From NCBI GenBank assembly GCA_964534345.1, contig CAZHOX010000005.1:1-41745 (forward strand): DNA of 41,745 nt, read 5' to 3'. Both the position numbers and the translations under genes were made by a program. The notes under the pieces are model-generated. The model saw nothing but the letters and a program-made list of their open reading frames with translations. It ran no database searches and was not told the DNA's origin. This stretch comes from an uncultured Anaerolinea sp. GTDB taxonomy: Bacteria; Chloroflexota; Anaerolineae; Anaerolineales; Villigracilaceae. Shown piece after piece: positions 28,415-38,298 of the stretch; within the stretch, counting starts at the first letter, position 1, and each line of letters opens with the position of its first letter.

Positions 28415-29086
28415 TTACGGACGGTGATACAAAAGGTCAGTATGTTTGACGAGCGCTTCATACCCGACCTCAAACTGGCCGCTGCAAATGGACTCGACCA
28501 TTACCTGATGATATCTCCACACTTCTTGCAAATATTCATACCCGCCAGCAAAGACGTTCAACCCTACGCCTTCATATGCTTCCCAGTATGCTTCCAATAC
28601 ACCAATGACGAATGGATTGTCAAGACGGTTGAAAATAGTGAGGTGAAGTTTGCGATGTTCTTCGTGCGGCACTTGCACAGGCGTGCCGCGGATCTTATCC
28701 CATGCACGGGTGATGATGGTTTCGAGTTCGTATTTATCAGATTCGGTTAGCAGCTTAACCGCTTCATGCCAATATGCGGCTTCTAAATGATTGCGCATTT
28801 CTGCAAACTTGCGGAAGTGATCATTGTTCATTGCCAGCGCATACCCCAGGCTTTGGCGTATTGCAGGCGCAAACGAATACTTCAACCGGCGTGTTCCTGT
28901 CTTCTGCCGAACTTCTACAAAGCCAAGCGCGCGAGCAACTTCCAGTTGTTCACGCAGAGAAGCAAGGCTGATATCCAATTCTTTGCTAAGTTCAGTTAAT
29001 GAGGGGAGGCCGTTCTCTGCTTCTGGGTGTGCTGCCAGATAGCGAAGAAACTCAGAGATATGCGGAGAAGTACGGTCACGGAGCAT
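28415..29086 (-). CDS. GntR/FadR-family regulator (HTH plus FCD domain)
   Basis: LPSLTELSKELDISLASLREQL...VEVRQKTG; C-term RNHLE, HRKLHLTI, NPF. Confidence 0.85.
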   Translation of the reverse strand: MLRDRTSPHISEFLRYLAAHPEAENGLPSLTELSKELDISLASLREQLEVARALGFVEVRQKTGTRRLKYSFAPAIRQSLGYALAMNNDHFRKFAEMRNHLEAAYWHEAVKLLTESDKYELETIITRAWDKIRGTPVQVPHEEHRKLHLTIFNRLDNPFVIGVLEAYWEAYEGVGLNVFAGGYEYLQEVWRYHQVMVESICSGQFEVGYEALVKHTDLLYHRP

Positions 29087-29093
29087 AAAAGTT

Positions 29094-29141
29094 GATTAAT
29101 CCGATTAATCGCATTTTACGCCTCTGAGGGTGATGTGTCAA
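29094..29141 (-). promoter_or_regulatory. Sigma70-type promoter with palindromic operator over the predicted start site
   Basis: Minus strand TTGACA (29141-29136), 17 bp spacer, TAAAAT (29118-29113), then GATTAATC-G-GATTAATC (29110-29094). Confidence 0.7.
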
Positions 29142-29268
29142 GGTGATTTTTATACTGGCTATCTGTGGCAATAGGCCTAAAAATTTGCAATGTGCTCGAA
29201 AAATAGCGGAGTTTGGTTTTGAAAATAAAAAATGCAGGAGTTTCGTCTCCTACATTTCAGTATATTTT

Positions 29269-29643
29269 TTACCCTTCGATAATTCTCACGAATTTATATT
29301 CTGCTTTTGCGCCGCTGGGGTCAGTGAGTGTAAAAGAATCAGGAAAGATGGGGGTTGGGTTCGGATCAGGGTCCTCAATGGTTTTGAAGTTATCGCAGAT
29401 AGGGACGCCTTTATGAATGTACGCCATCCAGCCTCGTTCAGCTACATTCACACCATCCACCGAAGTGACTTTGAGCCATTTATCACCTTTTTTTACTTCA
29501 TTGCCATCTGCAGGGGCTTCCCAAATTTCATCACCAACGACCAGTTGTCCGCGAGTATAGGAAGCGATAACACTTGCAAAGACGCTGTGATCAGTTCTCA
29601 TTCTAGTTCCACTGTTGAATGGGGTCATGCTGTATTGGGTCAT
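29269..29643 (-). CDS. Small SH3b-like putative cell-wall-binding protein
   Basis: TRMR....ASVIASY..G....KWLKV.....GWMA pattern; AGGAG RBS; ATGA overlap with the GH25 gene. Confidence 0.6.
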   Translation of the reverse strand: MTQYSMTPFNSGTRMRTDHSVFASVIASYTRGQLVVGDEIWEAPADGNEVKKGDKWLKVTSVDGVNVAERGWMAYIHKGVPICDNFKTIEDPDPNPTPIFPDSFTLTDPSGAKAEYKFVRIIEG

Positions 29644-30449
29644 GAAACTCTCCTGTATTCCACCAATGTATTTCCAAATTTTGCAACAATGGTGGCTTGT
29701 ACTTGTGTAGTTGGATACCGCGCGAGAAATTCTTCTTCGGTGCCCTTGAAATAATTCAAATCAATATTTTTGCTTTCCACGCCGAACAAAGTTCCGTCAC
29801 CGTTATCTGTGAATTGCCAGTATGTCCAGTCATCCCAAATTGGTGGGACGCGCGGCGCTTCGGTGTTGTAGGCTGCAATCCATAGTGGGTATTGAGAGAA
29901 ATAAGAGACTCCTGCTGCATATTCAAGCCAATAATAATAACCTGTGTATACTCCCAATTTTTTATTGGGTAATAGGACTTTCAATCTTTCCATGAAGTCG
30001 AACCAATGCCGCCAGCCTGTGAATGGACCGCCATAGCGGTCTTCAAAGTCACACCATAATTCCATTTCGCCGGTGTCATCTCCGAGTACTTGTGCCCATT
30101 TTTCGGCTTGACGTTTTGGGTTTGCGCGGCTGTCATAGAACCAATAGGAGCCGCGCAACAATCCGGCTTGCTTTGCATTCGCCCATGACGTTTTGAATTT
30201 TATATCCTCCCAAAGATTCTGCCCCGCACGGATGATGACACCACGAGTCATTTGTGCCATTTTTTCAAAATTGATATCCGATGGGGTGGTAGGGTCATCC
30301 TGCCAGAAACTGATATCTGGCAGTTTAAATGATGTCAGGAAAAATTCCTTTGGTGGTTGGATGATGGGGGTGGGTTGGTGTTGTGTGTCCATTGGCTGGG
30401 GAGTTGTATGAGATATTATAAATGGACTTAATTGAAAAAGCGACCTCAT
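29640..30449 (-). CDS. GH25 muramidase/lysozyme
   Basis: DISFWQ, IIRAG, RGSYWF, WCDFE (DxE), VYTG, PLWIAAY, WQFT, IDLNYF. True start may be 30392. Confidence 0.9.
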   Translation of the reverse strand: MRSLFQLSPFIISHTTPQPMDTQHQPTPIIQPPKEFFLTSFKLPDISFWQDDPTTPSDINFEKMAQMTRGVIIRAGQNLWEDIKFKTSWANAKQAGLLRGSYWFYDSRANPKRQAEKWAQVLGDDTGEMELWCDFEDRYGGPFTGWRHWFDFMERLKVLLPNKKLGVYTGYYYWLEYAAGVSYFSQYPLWIAAYNTEAPRVPPIWDDWTYWQFTDNGDGTLFGVESKNIDLNYFKGTEEEFLARYPTTQVQATIVAKFGNTLVEYRRVS

Positions 30450-30498
30450 GACCGAAGCCGCTTTTAGGAATGTGGAATGTCAGGTTGAAAGGTTGTTG

Positions 30499-30993
30499 CT
30501 AATTGTTCAATGCACCTTGGTTGACCCAGTCAATAATAAGTTGCAATTCATCAGGAGTGACGGGATCTCCGCGCTCTGGCATTTCTCCATCCACGATCTG
30601 TTGAACGAGGTAGCTGTTGTCTGCGTTGCCTGGTTCGATCACTGGGCCATTGCGTGAGCCTGCCATGATATTTTCGTAGGTTTGCATATCAAGGCCTTCT
30701 TTGACTCGCTCTACGCCATGGCACTTGATGCAGCGCGTATCGAAAATCGGTTTGATGTCATTTATAAAGCTTACGCCGGTAGATGTGCTGCTGGCTGTGG
30801 AAGCTTCTGTTGCAGTTGGTGCTTCGGTTGCTGAAGTTGCTGTATCAGTTGCGGTGGGAGCATCTGTCGGCTGGGAAACTGCTTCGGTTGGGGAGACAGG
30901 TTCGGTCGCGGGAAGAGGCGTTTCTCCTCCTCCGCAGGCGGAAAGGGCAATGGTTAATGTTAATATGGTGATGAGCAAAATCTGTTTTTTCAT
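30499..30993 (-). CDS. Monoheme c-type cytochrome lipoprotein (planctomycete cytochrome c-like domain)
   Basis: Lipobox LSA-C-GG, Thr/Ala linker, VSF..DIKPIF, CIKCH, distal GEMP, WVNQGA. Confidence 0.9.
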   Translation of the reverse strand: MKKQILLITILTLTIALSACGGGETPLPATEPVSPTEAVSQPTDAPTATDTATSATEAPTATEASTASSTSTGVSFINDIKPIFDTRCIKCHGVERVKEGLDMQTYENIMAGSRNGPVIEPGNADNSYLVQQIVDGEMPERGDPVTPDELQLIIDWVNQGALNN

Positions 30994-31188
30994 TTTATCC
31001 TCTGTAATGTTGACGCTATTAATTCGACAAAATTTACTATGCTATGCGGATAACTGGATGAAGAAATTGTGTGGTTTCTTACACTTCAATATCTCTGTAC
31101 TTTTTTTCGCAAAGTATGGGAAGTCTGTACAAGGTAAGGTATAATCAGTGCGCCGTGTTTTAGGCATAAATTCATTACAAGGCTGAGT

Positions 31189-32760
31189 ATGGCAGGCGCA
31201 TTTAAACTTCCCAACGAATATTGGTTGTCCCTTCAAGTCACCCCGCAAGACGTTGAAAATCTTCATACCTTTCTCTTTGAGCGTGAGACCCCGTTAACAA
31301 CACGTGATCTTGCTTCGGAATTTGTTGAAGCACGTATTCGCGCGGAACGCAAAGCTGCAGAGAGCAGACAGAAAGCTGCTGGAAAGAGTTTTCTTCCAAA
31401 GGAAAAATATGAGGTTGGTGATGATCTTGTTTTTCCGGCATTGGATTGGCAGCGAGGAAAGGTTACAAATGTACGCTCTGGGGTGAATCCCTCTGTAAGC
31501 GGCTTTGATGTTCTCACTGTTGAAATGGAAGATCAATCGGAACGGATGTTTGCCGCGCGGCTTGAATCTCATCCTTTAAATGATGCTCCCATTGTTACGC
31601 CAGAGAGTGATGAGGTTAGTTCTGCTGTCATTTTACTTGAGCATGGCGATGCCATTGAGAGAAAACTTGAAAAGGCTTTTGATCTTGATAGCGGTTTGGT
31701 GAAGATTGCTGGCCGCTGGTTTCCACGCGCGCTCTTGATCGATATTAATCAAGGTCAGTTGAATCTTGCAGAAGCTGTTTTGGATATGTCTGGCGGAGAG
31801 CCTTTGCAAACTGATGCATTGATCAAAGAGATCGAACTACCTGCTGGTGTAAATCCGAGATTGGCCGAGTTCTCTTTGAATTATGCTTTGCAGGATGATG
31901 ACCGCTTTGATGAGGTTGGCCCTGCTGGTCAGGTTTTATGGTGCTTGCGCCGACTTGAACCTGATTATGTACGGGAGGTTCCTGCTCCGCTGCAATATGT
32001 TGAGATCGAGCATGATCGTAATCTCTTAACTCCTGCGATGAAAAGCCTCGAATCACAACTGGACGATGAGTTGACTCCGTCCGAAGACTTGGATGCCCGC
32101 GAAGAGATTTCTTCGATTACAGTATCGCTTATTTATCCCCATCTCCGTGCTGGGACGTTGCCCATGTCTCCACGGGCGCGTAAGTTATTCCCAACTGCAT
32201 ATGAAACAGAACGTGTACGTTTTACACTGGTAGATGGAAAAACAAAACAGCGTATCCCTGCCTGGGTTGTGTTGACTCATGGTTATGTCTTTGGCCTGCG
32301 AGAGTGGTACAAGGCACATGCATTGATTCCGGGCTCTCTCGTTCAATTGCGTAAAGGCGAAAACCCGGGCGAAGTGATCGTGGAAGTGAAAAGCCAGCGA
32401 TCTGCAAAAGATTGGGTTCGTACTGTTATGGTTGGCACCGATGGCGGATTTGTTTTTGCCATGTTAAAGCAGCCCATCACTGCTGAATTTAATGACCGTA
32501 TGGTTATTCATGTTCCAGATTTTAAGACGCTCGACCCTGTCTGGGAGAAGAAACGCTCATTTGATGATCTGGTGCTTCTCGTGATGCGTGAATTGACAAA
32601 ATCGAACCCTCAGGGACACGTACATGCACAAGAATTGTATGCGGCCGTCAACCTTGTTCGCCGTGTACCACCTGCTCCATTGTTCGCACTGTTGGCAACC
32701 AATCCTGTATTTAAGCATGTAGGCGATTTACATTTCCGCCTCGATATGGAGGCAGAATGA
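31189..32760 (+). CDS. Hypothetical protein with probable winged-HTH (RNAP delta/HARE-HTH-like) modules
   Basis: 523-aa ORF with normal composition; LAEAVL...GEPL...LNYALQDDDRFDEVG...WCL. Confidence 0.75.
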   Translation: MAGAFKLPNEYWLSLQVTPQDVENLHTFLFERETPLTTRDLASEFVEARIRAERKAAESRQKAAGKSFLPKEKYEVGDDLVFPALDWQRGKVTNVRSGVNPSVSGFDVLTVEMEDQSERMFAARLESHPLNDAPIVTPESDEVSSAVILLEHGDAIERKLEKAFDLDSGLVKIAGRWFPRALLIDINQGQLNLAEAVLDMSGGEPLQTDALIKEIELPAGVNPRLAEFSLNYALQDDDRFDEVGPAGQVLWCLRRLEPDYVREVPAPLQYVEIEHDRNLLTPAMKSLESQLDDELTPSEDLDAREEISSITVSLIYPHLRAGTLPMSPRARKLFPTAYETERVRFTLVDGKTKQRIPAWVVLTHGYVFGLREWYKAHALIPGSLVQLRKGENPGEVIVEVKSQRSAKDWVRTVMVGTDGGFVFAMLKQPITAEFNDRMVIHVPDFKTLDPVWEKKRSFDDLVLLVMRELTKSNPQGHVHAQELYAAVNLVRRVPPAPLFALLATNPVFKHVGDLHFRLDMEAE

Positions 32761-33200
32761 GCTTGCTAAAACCAAATATAAAGACACCTTTTCACATTGA
32801 TTTTGAGTGGTGGAAGAAAAGCGAACGAGACTGGCACGTGTTTTTGCGCACATTATTATGTGAGGAGCATCAGAATGTCTTTGCAAGTGTTGAAGAAGGC
32901 GATTTGGTGGATTGGATCGACCCGCTGACCGCAGAAGTAAAACCCGTAGATGGCGTTCAACATGCTTTGATGAGTCATTGCGCACTTCTACCCGGGTTTA
33001 CGAGTGAACGAACAGCCATTGTAGAAGCGATCTTTAGAACCTTTTTAGTTAATGGGAATATTCCAATGTCTGCTGAGGAACTTGGTAAACGACTGGGGCG
33101 ACCAGCGGATATCATTCTGAAAACCATTGCAGGCCCGCGGGTGTATCGCGGATTAAGACCTTATCAATTTCACGAGCCCACTATTAGGGTGAGCGAGTAA
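32757..33200 (+). CDS. Hypothetical protein with C-terminal HTH-like segment
   Basis: ATGA overlap, GGAGG RBS; IVEAIFRTFL..GNIPMSAEELGKRLG. Confidence 0.75.
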   Translation: MSLLKPNIKTPFHIDFEWWKKSERDWHVFLRTLLCEEHQNVFASVEEGDLVDWIDPLTAEVKPVDGVQHALMSHCALLPGFTSERTAIVEAIFRTFLVNGNIPMSAEELGKRLGRPADIILKTIAGPRVYRGLRPYQFHEPTIRVSE

Positions 33201-33212
33201 AATGGAGTGATT

Positions 33213-33285
33213 GCCCTCGTAGCTCAACGGACAGAGCAACTGCCTTCTAAGCAGGAGGTTGAAGGTTCGATTCCTTCCGAGGGCA
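33213..33285 (+). tRNA. tRNA-Arg(UCU)
   Basis: Acceptor stem GCCCTCG/CGAGGGC, D-arm GCTC/GAGC, anticodon loop CT-TCT-AA, T-arm GAAGG-TTCGATT-CCTTC; CCA not encoded. Confidence 0.95.
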
Positions 33286-33326
33286 CTAAAGAAAAATAAA
33301 AAGCGAATCAGAAGGAGGAAGCTTCC

Positions 33327-33725
33327 ATGCCAACCGTTGTTCGCAAGTCAAGTGAAACGTACATGGATTTCCGCCGTGAGATCCTTCATGCGGTAAGCTG
33401 GCAAATACGCCCTAATGTTTGGAGTCCCCCCACTGACGCATACGAAACAGAAGACGCATACATCATACGTATGGAAATAGCGGGGATGCGCGAAGAAGAC
33501 TTTGAAGTCACGCTTGAAAACGACACGCTGTTAATTATGGGGGCACGGTCTGACTTGCCAGAAAGGCGTGCATATCATCAAATGGAAATCAGGTTCGGGA
33601 AATTTGCAACAGCTGTGGGGCTGCCTGGTCAAGTCAATGTTGAAAAAGCGCTGGCGGAATACAAAGACGGTTTTCTAACGATCTCACTCCCAAAATCAAA
33701 ACCAAATCAGATCAAGGTTGAATAA
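33327..33725 (+). CDS. Hsp20/alpha-crystallin small heat shock protein
   Basis: WSPPTDAYET, EIAGM, EIRFGKF, AEYKDGFLTISLPK; AGGAGG RBS. Confidence 0.92.
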   Translation: MPTVVRKSSETYMDFRREILHAVSWQIRPNVWSPPTDAYETEDAYIIRMEIAGMREEDFEVTLENDTLLIMGARSDLPERRAYHQMEIRFGKFATAVGLPGQVNVEKALAEYKDGFLTISLPKSKPNQIKVE

Positions 33726-33731
33726 ACAAAT

Positions 33732-36368
33732 ATGCCTGCACAAAGATGGCAATCCGGTATCCAAGAATTTTTTCAAACGATAGGTGAAACCGACGAGGAA
33801 TTAATGAATACATTTTTGACGTCGGTCTTTTCGAGATTTCAAAAAAAGGATGACGCTTCTTCCGACCCGCAAGAGGATGGCAAAAACGAAGGGCAGAAAT
33901 TCCCCGATGTGCTTCCCATCCTTCCCTTACGCGGAGTTGTTGTCTATCCCAACACGGCAGTTCCATTAACTGTAGGTCAGCCGCGTTCCATCAAACTGGT
34001 GGACGATGTGGTTGGCGGAGATAAGTTAGTTGGCCTCGTTGCTGCGCTCGACCCCGAAAAAGAGACTCCCGGCCCCAATGAGTTATACCGAATTGGCACA
34101 ATTGCAACTGTTCATCGATTACTGCGTGCACCCGATGGAACAGTCCGCCTGCTTGTTCAGGGAATGCAGCGTTTTCGCCTCGGTGAATTTGTTGAAGAAG
34201 AGCCATATTTGAAGGCTCATATTGAGTTGCTGCCTGAAACCGAAGAAAAAAATATAGAGACAGACGCTCTTGCTCGCAATGCGCGTGACCAGTTTCAGCA
34301 GATCACACAAATGATCCCTTCCTTCCCAGATGAATTGGTCAACTCGATCACTTCGCTGGAAGACCCGTTGCAAACTGTTTACACCATTGCCAATTTCCAG
34401 CGCATTGAGTTGAAAGATGCCCAGGAAATCTTGGAACTGGATTCGGTATACGAAAAGCTCAAGAAATTGATCGGCTTGCTTGTCCGTGAAGCAGAAGTGC
34501 TGCAGATCGGACAAAAGATCCAGAACGAAGCGCGCGGCGAGATCGAAAAAGTACAACGTGAATATTTCCTGCGCGAACAGATGAAAGCCATCCAACGTGA
34601 GTTGGGTGACAAAGACGAGCAATCTGAGGAGGCGGAGGATTTTCGCAAAAAGATCGAAGAAGCGAAAATGCCCGAGGAAGCATTGAAACAGGCCAAAAGG
34701 GAGTTGGATCGTCTCTCCCGTTTGCCAACGGCTGCCGCAGAATATGGAGTCATCCGCACATATCTGGATTGGCTTGTCACCCTTCCGTGGTCAAAATCCA
34801 CAGCAGATAATTTGGAAATTGCACATGCTCGCGAGATTCTAAATAAAGACCATTTTGGGCTTGAAGACGTAAAAGACCGCATCCTCGAATTTCTTGCCAT
34901 TCGCAAACTTCGCATCGACCGCAAAGATGAAGCAAAGGAAGAATCGAAGGATGCCATTCGCAAGGAACGTGAAGGCGTTATCCTTTGTTTTGTTGGCCCT
35001 CCTGGGGTAGGCAAGACATCACTCGGACAGTCGATTGCACGCGCCATGGAACGGAAATTTATCCGTGCCTCGCTGGGCGGTGTGAGAGATGAAGCAGAGA
35101 TCCGCGGCCATCGCCGTACCTACATTGGTGCCATGCCGGGACGAATTTTGCAATCCCTGCGTCGTGTAGATTCGAAGAATCCTGTTTTCATGTTGGACGA
35201 AGTGGATAAACTCACCAACGATTTTCATGGTGACCCGGCTTCTGCCTTGCTTGAAGTATTGGACCCCGAACAGAACAGCGAATTCCGCGATAACTATCTT
35301 GAAGTATCTTATGATCTCTCGCAGGTGTTCTTCATTACTACAGCGAATACCTTGGAGACCATTCCGCGCGCGCTGCGTGACAGAATGGAGATCATCTATT
35401 TATCCGGCTATACCGAAAATGAGAAGATGTCCATTGCTCGTGGATATTTGATTCCGCGCCAGATCCGCGAAAACAGTTTACACGAAGATGAGATCAAATT
35501 TACGGATGACGCTTTGCAAATGCTTATCCGTCAATATACTCGTGAGGCAGGCGTCCGAAATTTAGAGCGTAAGATCGGCGCAGTCTGCCGAAAGGTTGGC
35601 ACAAAGATCGCTGAAGGAAGCGTGGAGAAGTTTGAGATCACACCCAAACTAGTCGAAGAATACCTCGACCACCCCGTCTTTCTCGGTCCGGAAGAACTCA
35701 ATAAACGTATCTCCATCCCAGGTGTGGTTCCTGGCCTGGCATGGACTTCCTTTGGCGGCGATGTGCTCTTCATCGAAACCACTTTTATGCCAGGTGGGCG
35801 TGGTTTTCAAGTAACCGGCTCTATTGGTAACGTCATGCAGGAGTCCGCGCGAGCAGCATTGTCTTACGTTCGTTCACGGGCAGATTCTTTCGATATTCCA
35901 CGCGAGTTTTTTGAGAAGCATGATATCCACATGCATATCCCATCCGGCGCACAACCCAAAGATGGCCCATCAGCCGGAGTGACAATGGCTACATCCATTG
36001 TGTCGTTAGCTACTGGGCGCAAGGTCAAGCCTCAAACAAGCATGACCGGCGAAATCACACTGCGAGGTCAGGTACTAGCTATTGGCGGCGTCAAAGAAAA
36101 AGTACTCGCGGCACATCGCAGCGGCCTGACTACGGTGATCCTGCCAAAATATAACGAACCAGATATTGACGACGTACCTGATGAAATCAGGAAAACTATG
36201 AAGTTCTATTTCGCTGAAACAGTTGATGATGTGATCAATGCTGCTTTGGAAAAATCAAAACCAAAACCGAAGATAGAACCAAAGCAAACATCAAAGCCGG
36301 CGAAGAAGAAAATACAACCAGTAAAGGCGAAGAAGAATGGCGCAAAAAATACTGCTCGCAGAAGATGA
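33732..36368 (+). CDS. lon: Lon (endopeptidase La) ATP-dependent protease
   Basis: [30 protein letters not shown] (catalytic Ser), IGGVKEK. Confidence 0.97.
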   Translation: MPAQRWQSGIQEFFQTIGETDEELMNTFLTSVFSRFQKKDDASSDPQEDGKNEGQKFPDVLPILPLRGVVVYPNTAVPLTVGQPRSIKLVDDVVGGDKLVGLVAALDPEKETPGPNELYRIGTIATVHRLLRAPDGTVRLLVQGMQRFRLGEFVEEEPYLKAHIELLPETEEKNIETDALARNARDQFQQITQMIPSFPDELVNSITSLEDPLQTVYTIANFQRIELKDAQEILELDSVYEKLKKLIGLLVREAEVLQIGQKIQNEARGEIEKVQREYFLREQMKAIQRELGDKDEQSEEAEDFRKKIEEAKMPEEALKQAKRELDRLSRLPTAAAEYGVIRTYLDWLVTLPWSKSTADNLEIAHAREILNKDHFGLEDVKDRILEFLAIRKLRIDRKDEAKEESKDAIRKEREGVILCFVGPPGVGKTSLGQSIARAMERKFIRASLGGVRDEAEIRGHRRTYIGAMPGRILQSLRRVDSKNPVFMLDEVDKLTNDFHGDPASALLEVLDPEQNSEFRDNYLEVSYDLSQVFFITTANTLETIPRALRDRMEIIYLSGYTENEKMSIARGYLIPRQIRENSLHEDEIKFTDDALQMLIRQYTREAGVRNLERKIGAVCRKVGTKIAEGSVEKFEITPKLVEEYLDHPVFLGPEELNKRISIPGVVPGLAWTSFGGDVLFIETTFMPGGRGFQVTGSIGNVMQESARAALSYVRSRADSFDIPREFFEKHDIHMHIPSGAQPKDGPSAGVTMATSIVSLATGRKVKPQTSMTGEITLRGQVLAIGGVKEKVLAAHRSGLTTVILPKYNEPDIDDVPDEIRKTMKFYFAETVDDVINAALEKSKPKPKIEPKQTSKPAKKKIQPVKAKKNGAKNTARRR

Positions 36369-36699
36369 TATCACCATGGTCTCGCTCTTGAAAACGCTGC
36401 TCAAAATGGAGGGCTTTGAAGTCGTTGCCCTGCAGGCAGATGCCGATGTCCCCGCTGCTGTGAGGCTTGAAAGGCCAGATGTCCTGTTGTTGGATGTCCA
36501 TCTTTCACGTCAAAGCGGCCTGGAAATTTTGGAAGAACTTAGATCCTCCGCAGACACAAAAGATGTACGGGTGGTCATGTCCTCTGGCGCAAGCGTAAAG
36601 GAAGAATGCATGCGCCGTGGCGCAAATGGTTTCCTTCTCAAACCTTTTATGCCAGATGACCTCATTACGATCCTGAAACAAACCATTCGATCTGCATGA
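36337..36699 (+). CDS. Single-domain response regulator (REC)
   Basis: ILLAEDD, DVLLLDV, MSSG, LKPF; overlaps the lon 3' end by 32 bp. Confidence 0.88.
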   Translation: MAQKILLAEDDITMVSLLKTLLKMEGFEVVALQADADVPAAVRLERPDVLLLDVHLSRQSGLEILEELRSSADTKDVRVVMSSGASVKEECMRRGANGFLLKPFMPDDLITILKQTIRSA

Positions 36700-37136
36700 T
36701 CAAACAGCACATTGCCCTTCGTGAATTTACCTTCCCGAATGATTATGAAAGCACTGTAACATTCTGGCATGGCATAGAAAAAGGGATGAATGTTGGCCGC
36801 TCAGATACGCCTGAAGAGATCCAAAAAAAACTTGAACGCGACCCGGATTTATTTTTGCTGGCAGAAACGAACAACGAAATTGTAGGCACAGTGATCGGCG
36901 CTTTTGATGGGCGGCGTGGAATGATTTACCACCTTGCAGTCCATCGAGATTTTCGCGGTCAGGGTATTGGCGCCATGCTTCTCAGCGAAGTGGAAAAACG
37001 TCTGCAAGCCAAAGGCTGCCTCAAGTGCCTGATGCATGTTCTGGATGACAACACCGAAGCCATTCAATTTTATAAAAACCAAGGCTGGCGTCACGCCACC
37101 GAAGATGTTGTTTTCGTAAAAGAATTTTTCAAATGA
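36696..37136 (+). CDS. GNAT acetyltransferase (YpeA-like)
   Basis: FDGRRGMIYHLAV, RGQGIG, N..AIQFY. Confidence 0.9.
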   Translation: MIKQHIALREFTFPNDYESTVTFWHGIEKGMNVGRSDTPEEIQKKLERDPDLFLLAETNNEIVGTVIGAFDGRRGMIYHLAVHRDFRGQGIGAMLLSEVEKRLQAKGCLKCLMHVLDDNTEAIQFYKNQGWRHATEDVVFVKEFFK

Positions 37137-37624
37137 TTCGATTTGGAATATTAACTCTCTCGGACCGTTCCTCACGCGGCGAACGGGAAGACGCCTCAGG
37201 TCCCGCCCTCGCGCTTCTCGTCCGCGCTCAAGGTTGGTCAGTCGCCAAACAACATATCCTTCCCGATGAAGAATCAGCCATCCGCGCTACACTGACAGAT
37301 TGGGCCGACAGCGGTGAGTTTGATATTATTCTCACCACAGGCAGCACAGGTTTTGCCCCAAGAGATGTAGCTCCCGAAGCCACGCGTGCCATTATTCAAC
37401 GGGATGCTCCCGGTCTTGCAGAAGCCATGCGGGCTGAGAGCCTCAAAAAGACACCTCATGCCATGCTTTCTCGTGCCATTGCAGGTATCCGTGGACGTAC
37501 CCTCATTATTAACCTGCCAGGCAGCCCCAAAGGTGCAACAGAAAACCTGCAAACGGTTATTCCTGTTTTACAGCACGCTATACAATTGTTAAAAGACGAT
37601 CCATCGTCTGAAGCCTCTCACTAA
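37133..37624 (+). CDS. mog: Molybdopterin adenylyltransferase Mog/MoaB
   Basis: LTLSDR, DASGP, TTGSTGFAPRDVAPEA, INLPGSP. Confidence 0.9.
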   Translation: MIRFGILTLSDRSSRGEREDASGPALALLVRAQGWSVAKQHILPDEESAIRATLTDWADSGEFDIILTTGSTGFAPRDVAPEATRAIIQRDAPGLAEAMRAESLKKTPHAMLSRAIAGIRGRTLIINLPGSPKGATENLQTVIPVLQHAIQLLKDDPSSEASH

Positions 37625-37661
37625 AAAATGCTCAACACCAACTAAATACCGCTCTTCTCAC

Positions 37662-37691
37662 TGGACACTGCTCCAAACTCATTGGTATAAT
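37662..37691 (+). promoter_or_regulatory. Sigma70-type promoter of efp with extended -10
   Basis: TGGACA, 18 bp spacer, TATAAT preceded by TGn. Confidence 0.6.
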
Positions 37692-37731
37692 CCGCCCGCT
37701 CAAAAAATCAAACAATCAAGGAAAGTTAAGC

Positions 37732-38289
37732 ATGATCGATGTAAATGAACTTCGCAAAGGCGTCACGTTCGAATTGGATGGCAACCTCTTAAAAGTGTTG
37801 GATTACAGCCACAATAAAACTGGCCGTGGCAATGCCAATATTAAAGTTAAGGCCCGCAATTTGTTAACTGGTTCCACAATTGAACGCACATTCAATTCTG
37901 GTCAGTCAGTTCAGGATGTAAGCCTTGATTTCGCCAATGTATCCTACCTCTACAATGACGGCGATTTATATTACTTTATGGATAACGTCACATTCGAACA
38001 GCCAGGCATCAAGCAGGAATCCCTTGGTGAAAGCGCTCAATATCTCAAAGAAGGTATGGAAGTCAAATTGACCTTCTACAAAGGCGAAGCTATTGATATT
38101 GAATTACCCACCTCAGTGGATTTGAAAGTTGTCGAGGCTGAAATGGCTATTCGCGGCGATACCGCCACTGGTGTGACCAAGAAAGTCACAACTGAAACTG
38201 GTGTGACTGTGCAATGCCCGAATTTCGTTAATGTTGGTGATACCATCCGTGTGGACACCCGCACAGGCGAGTACGTTACCCGCGTATAA
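37732..38289 (+). CDS. efp: Elongation factor P
   Basis: ELRKG, HNKTGRGNA loop, YLYNDG, FMD..TFEQ, RGDTA, VDTRTGEYVTRV. Confidence 0.97.
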   Translation: MIDVNELRKGVTFELDGNLLKVLDYSHNKTGRGNANIKVKARNLLTGSTIERTFNSGQSVQDVSLDFANVSYLYNDGDLYYFMDNVTFEQPGIKQESLGESAQYLKEGMEVKLTFYKGEAIDIELPTSVDLKVVEAEMAIRGDTATGVTKKVTTETGVTVQCPNFVNVGDTIRVDTRTGEYVTRV

Positions 38290-38298
38290 ACTGAATTT

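Noticed and set aside
29143-29754. 203-aa plus-strand ORF
   Set aside because: Antisense to the SH3-like and GH25 genes, which have an RBS and coupling; no recognisable motifs.
29269-30449. Prophage remnant
   Set aside because: No holin, structural or integrase genes nearby.
33213-33285. tRNA as island attachment site
   Set aside because: Flanked by core genes; no integrase or duplicated tRNA 3' end seen.
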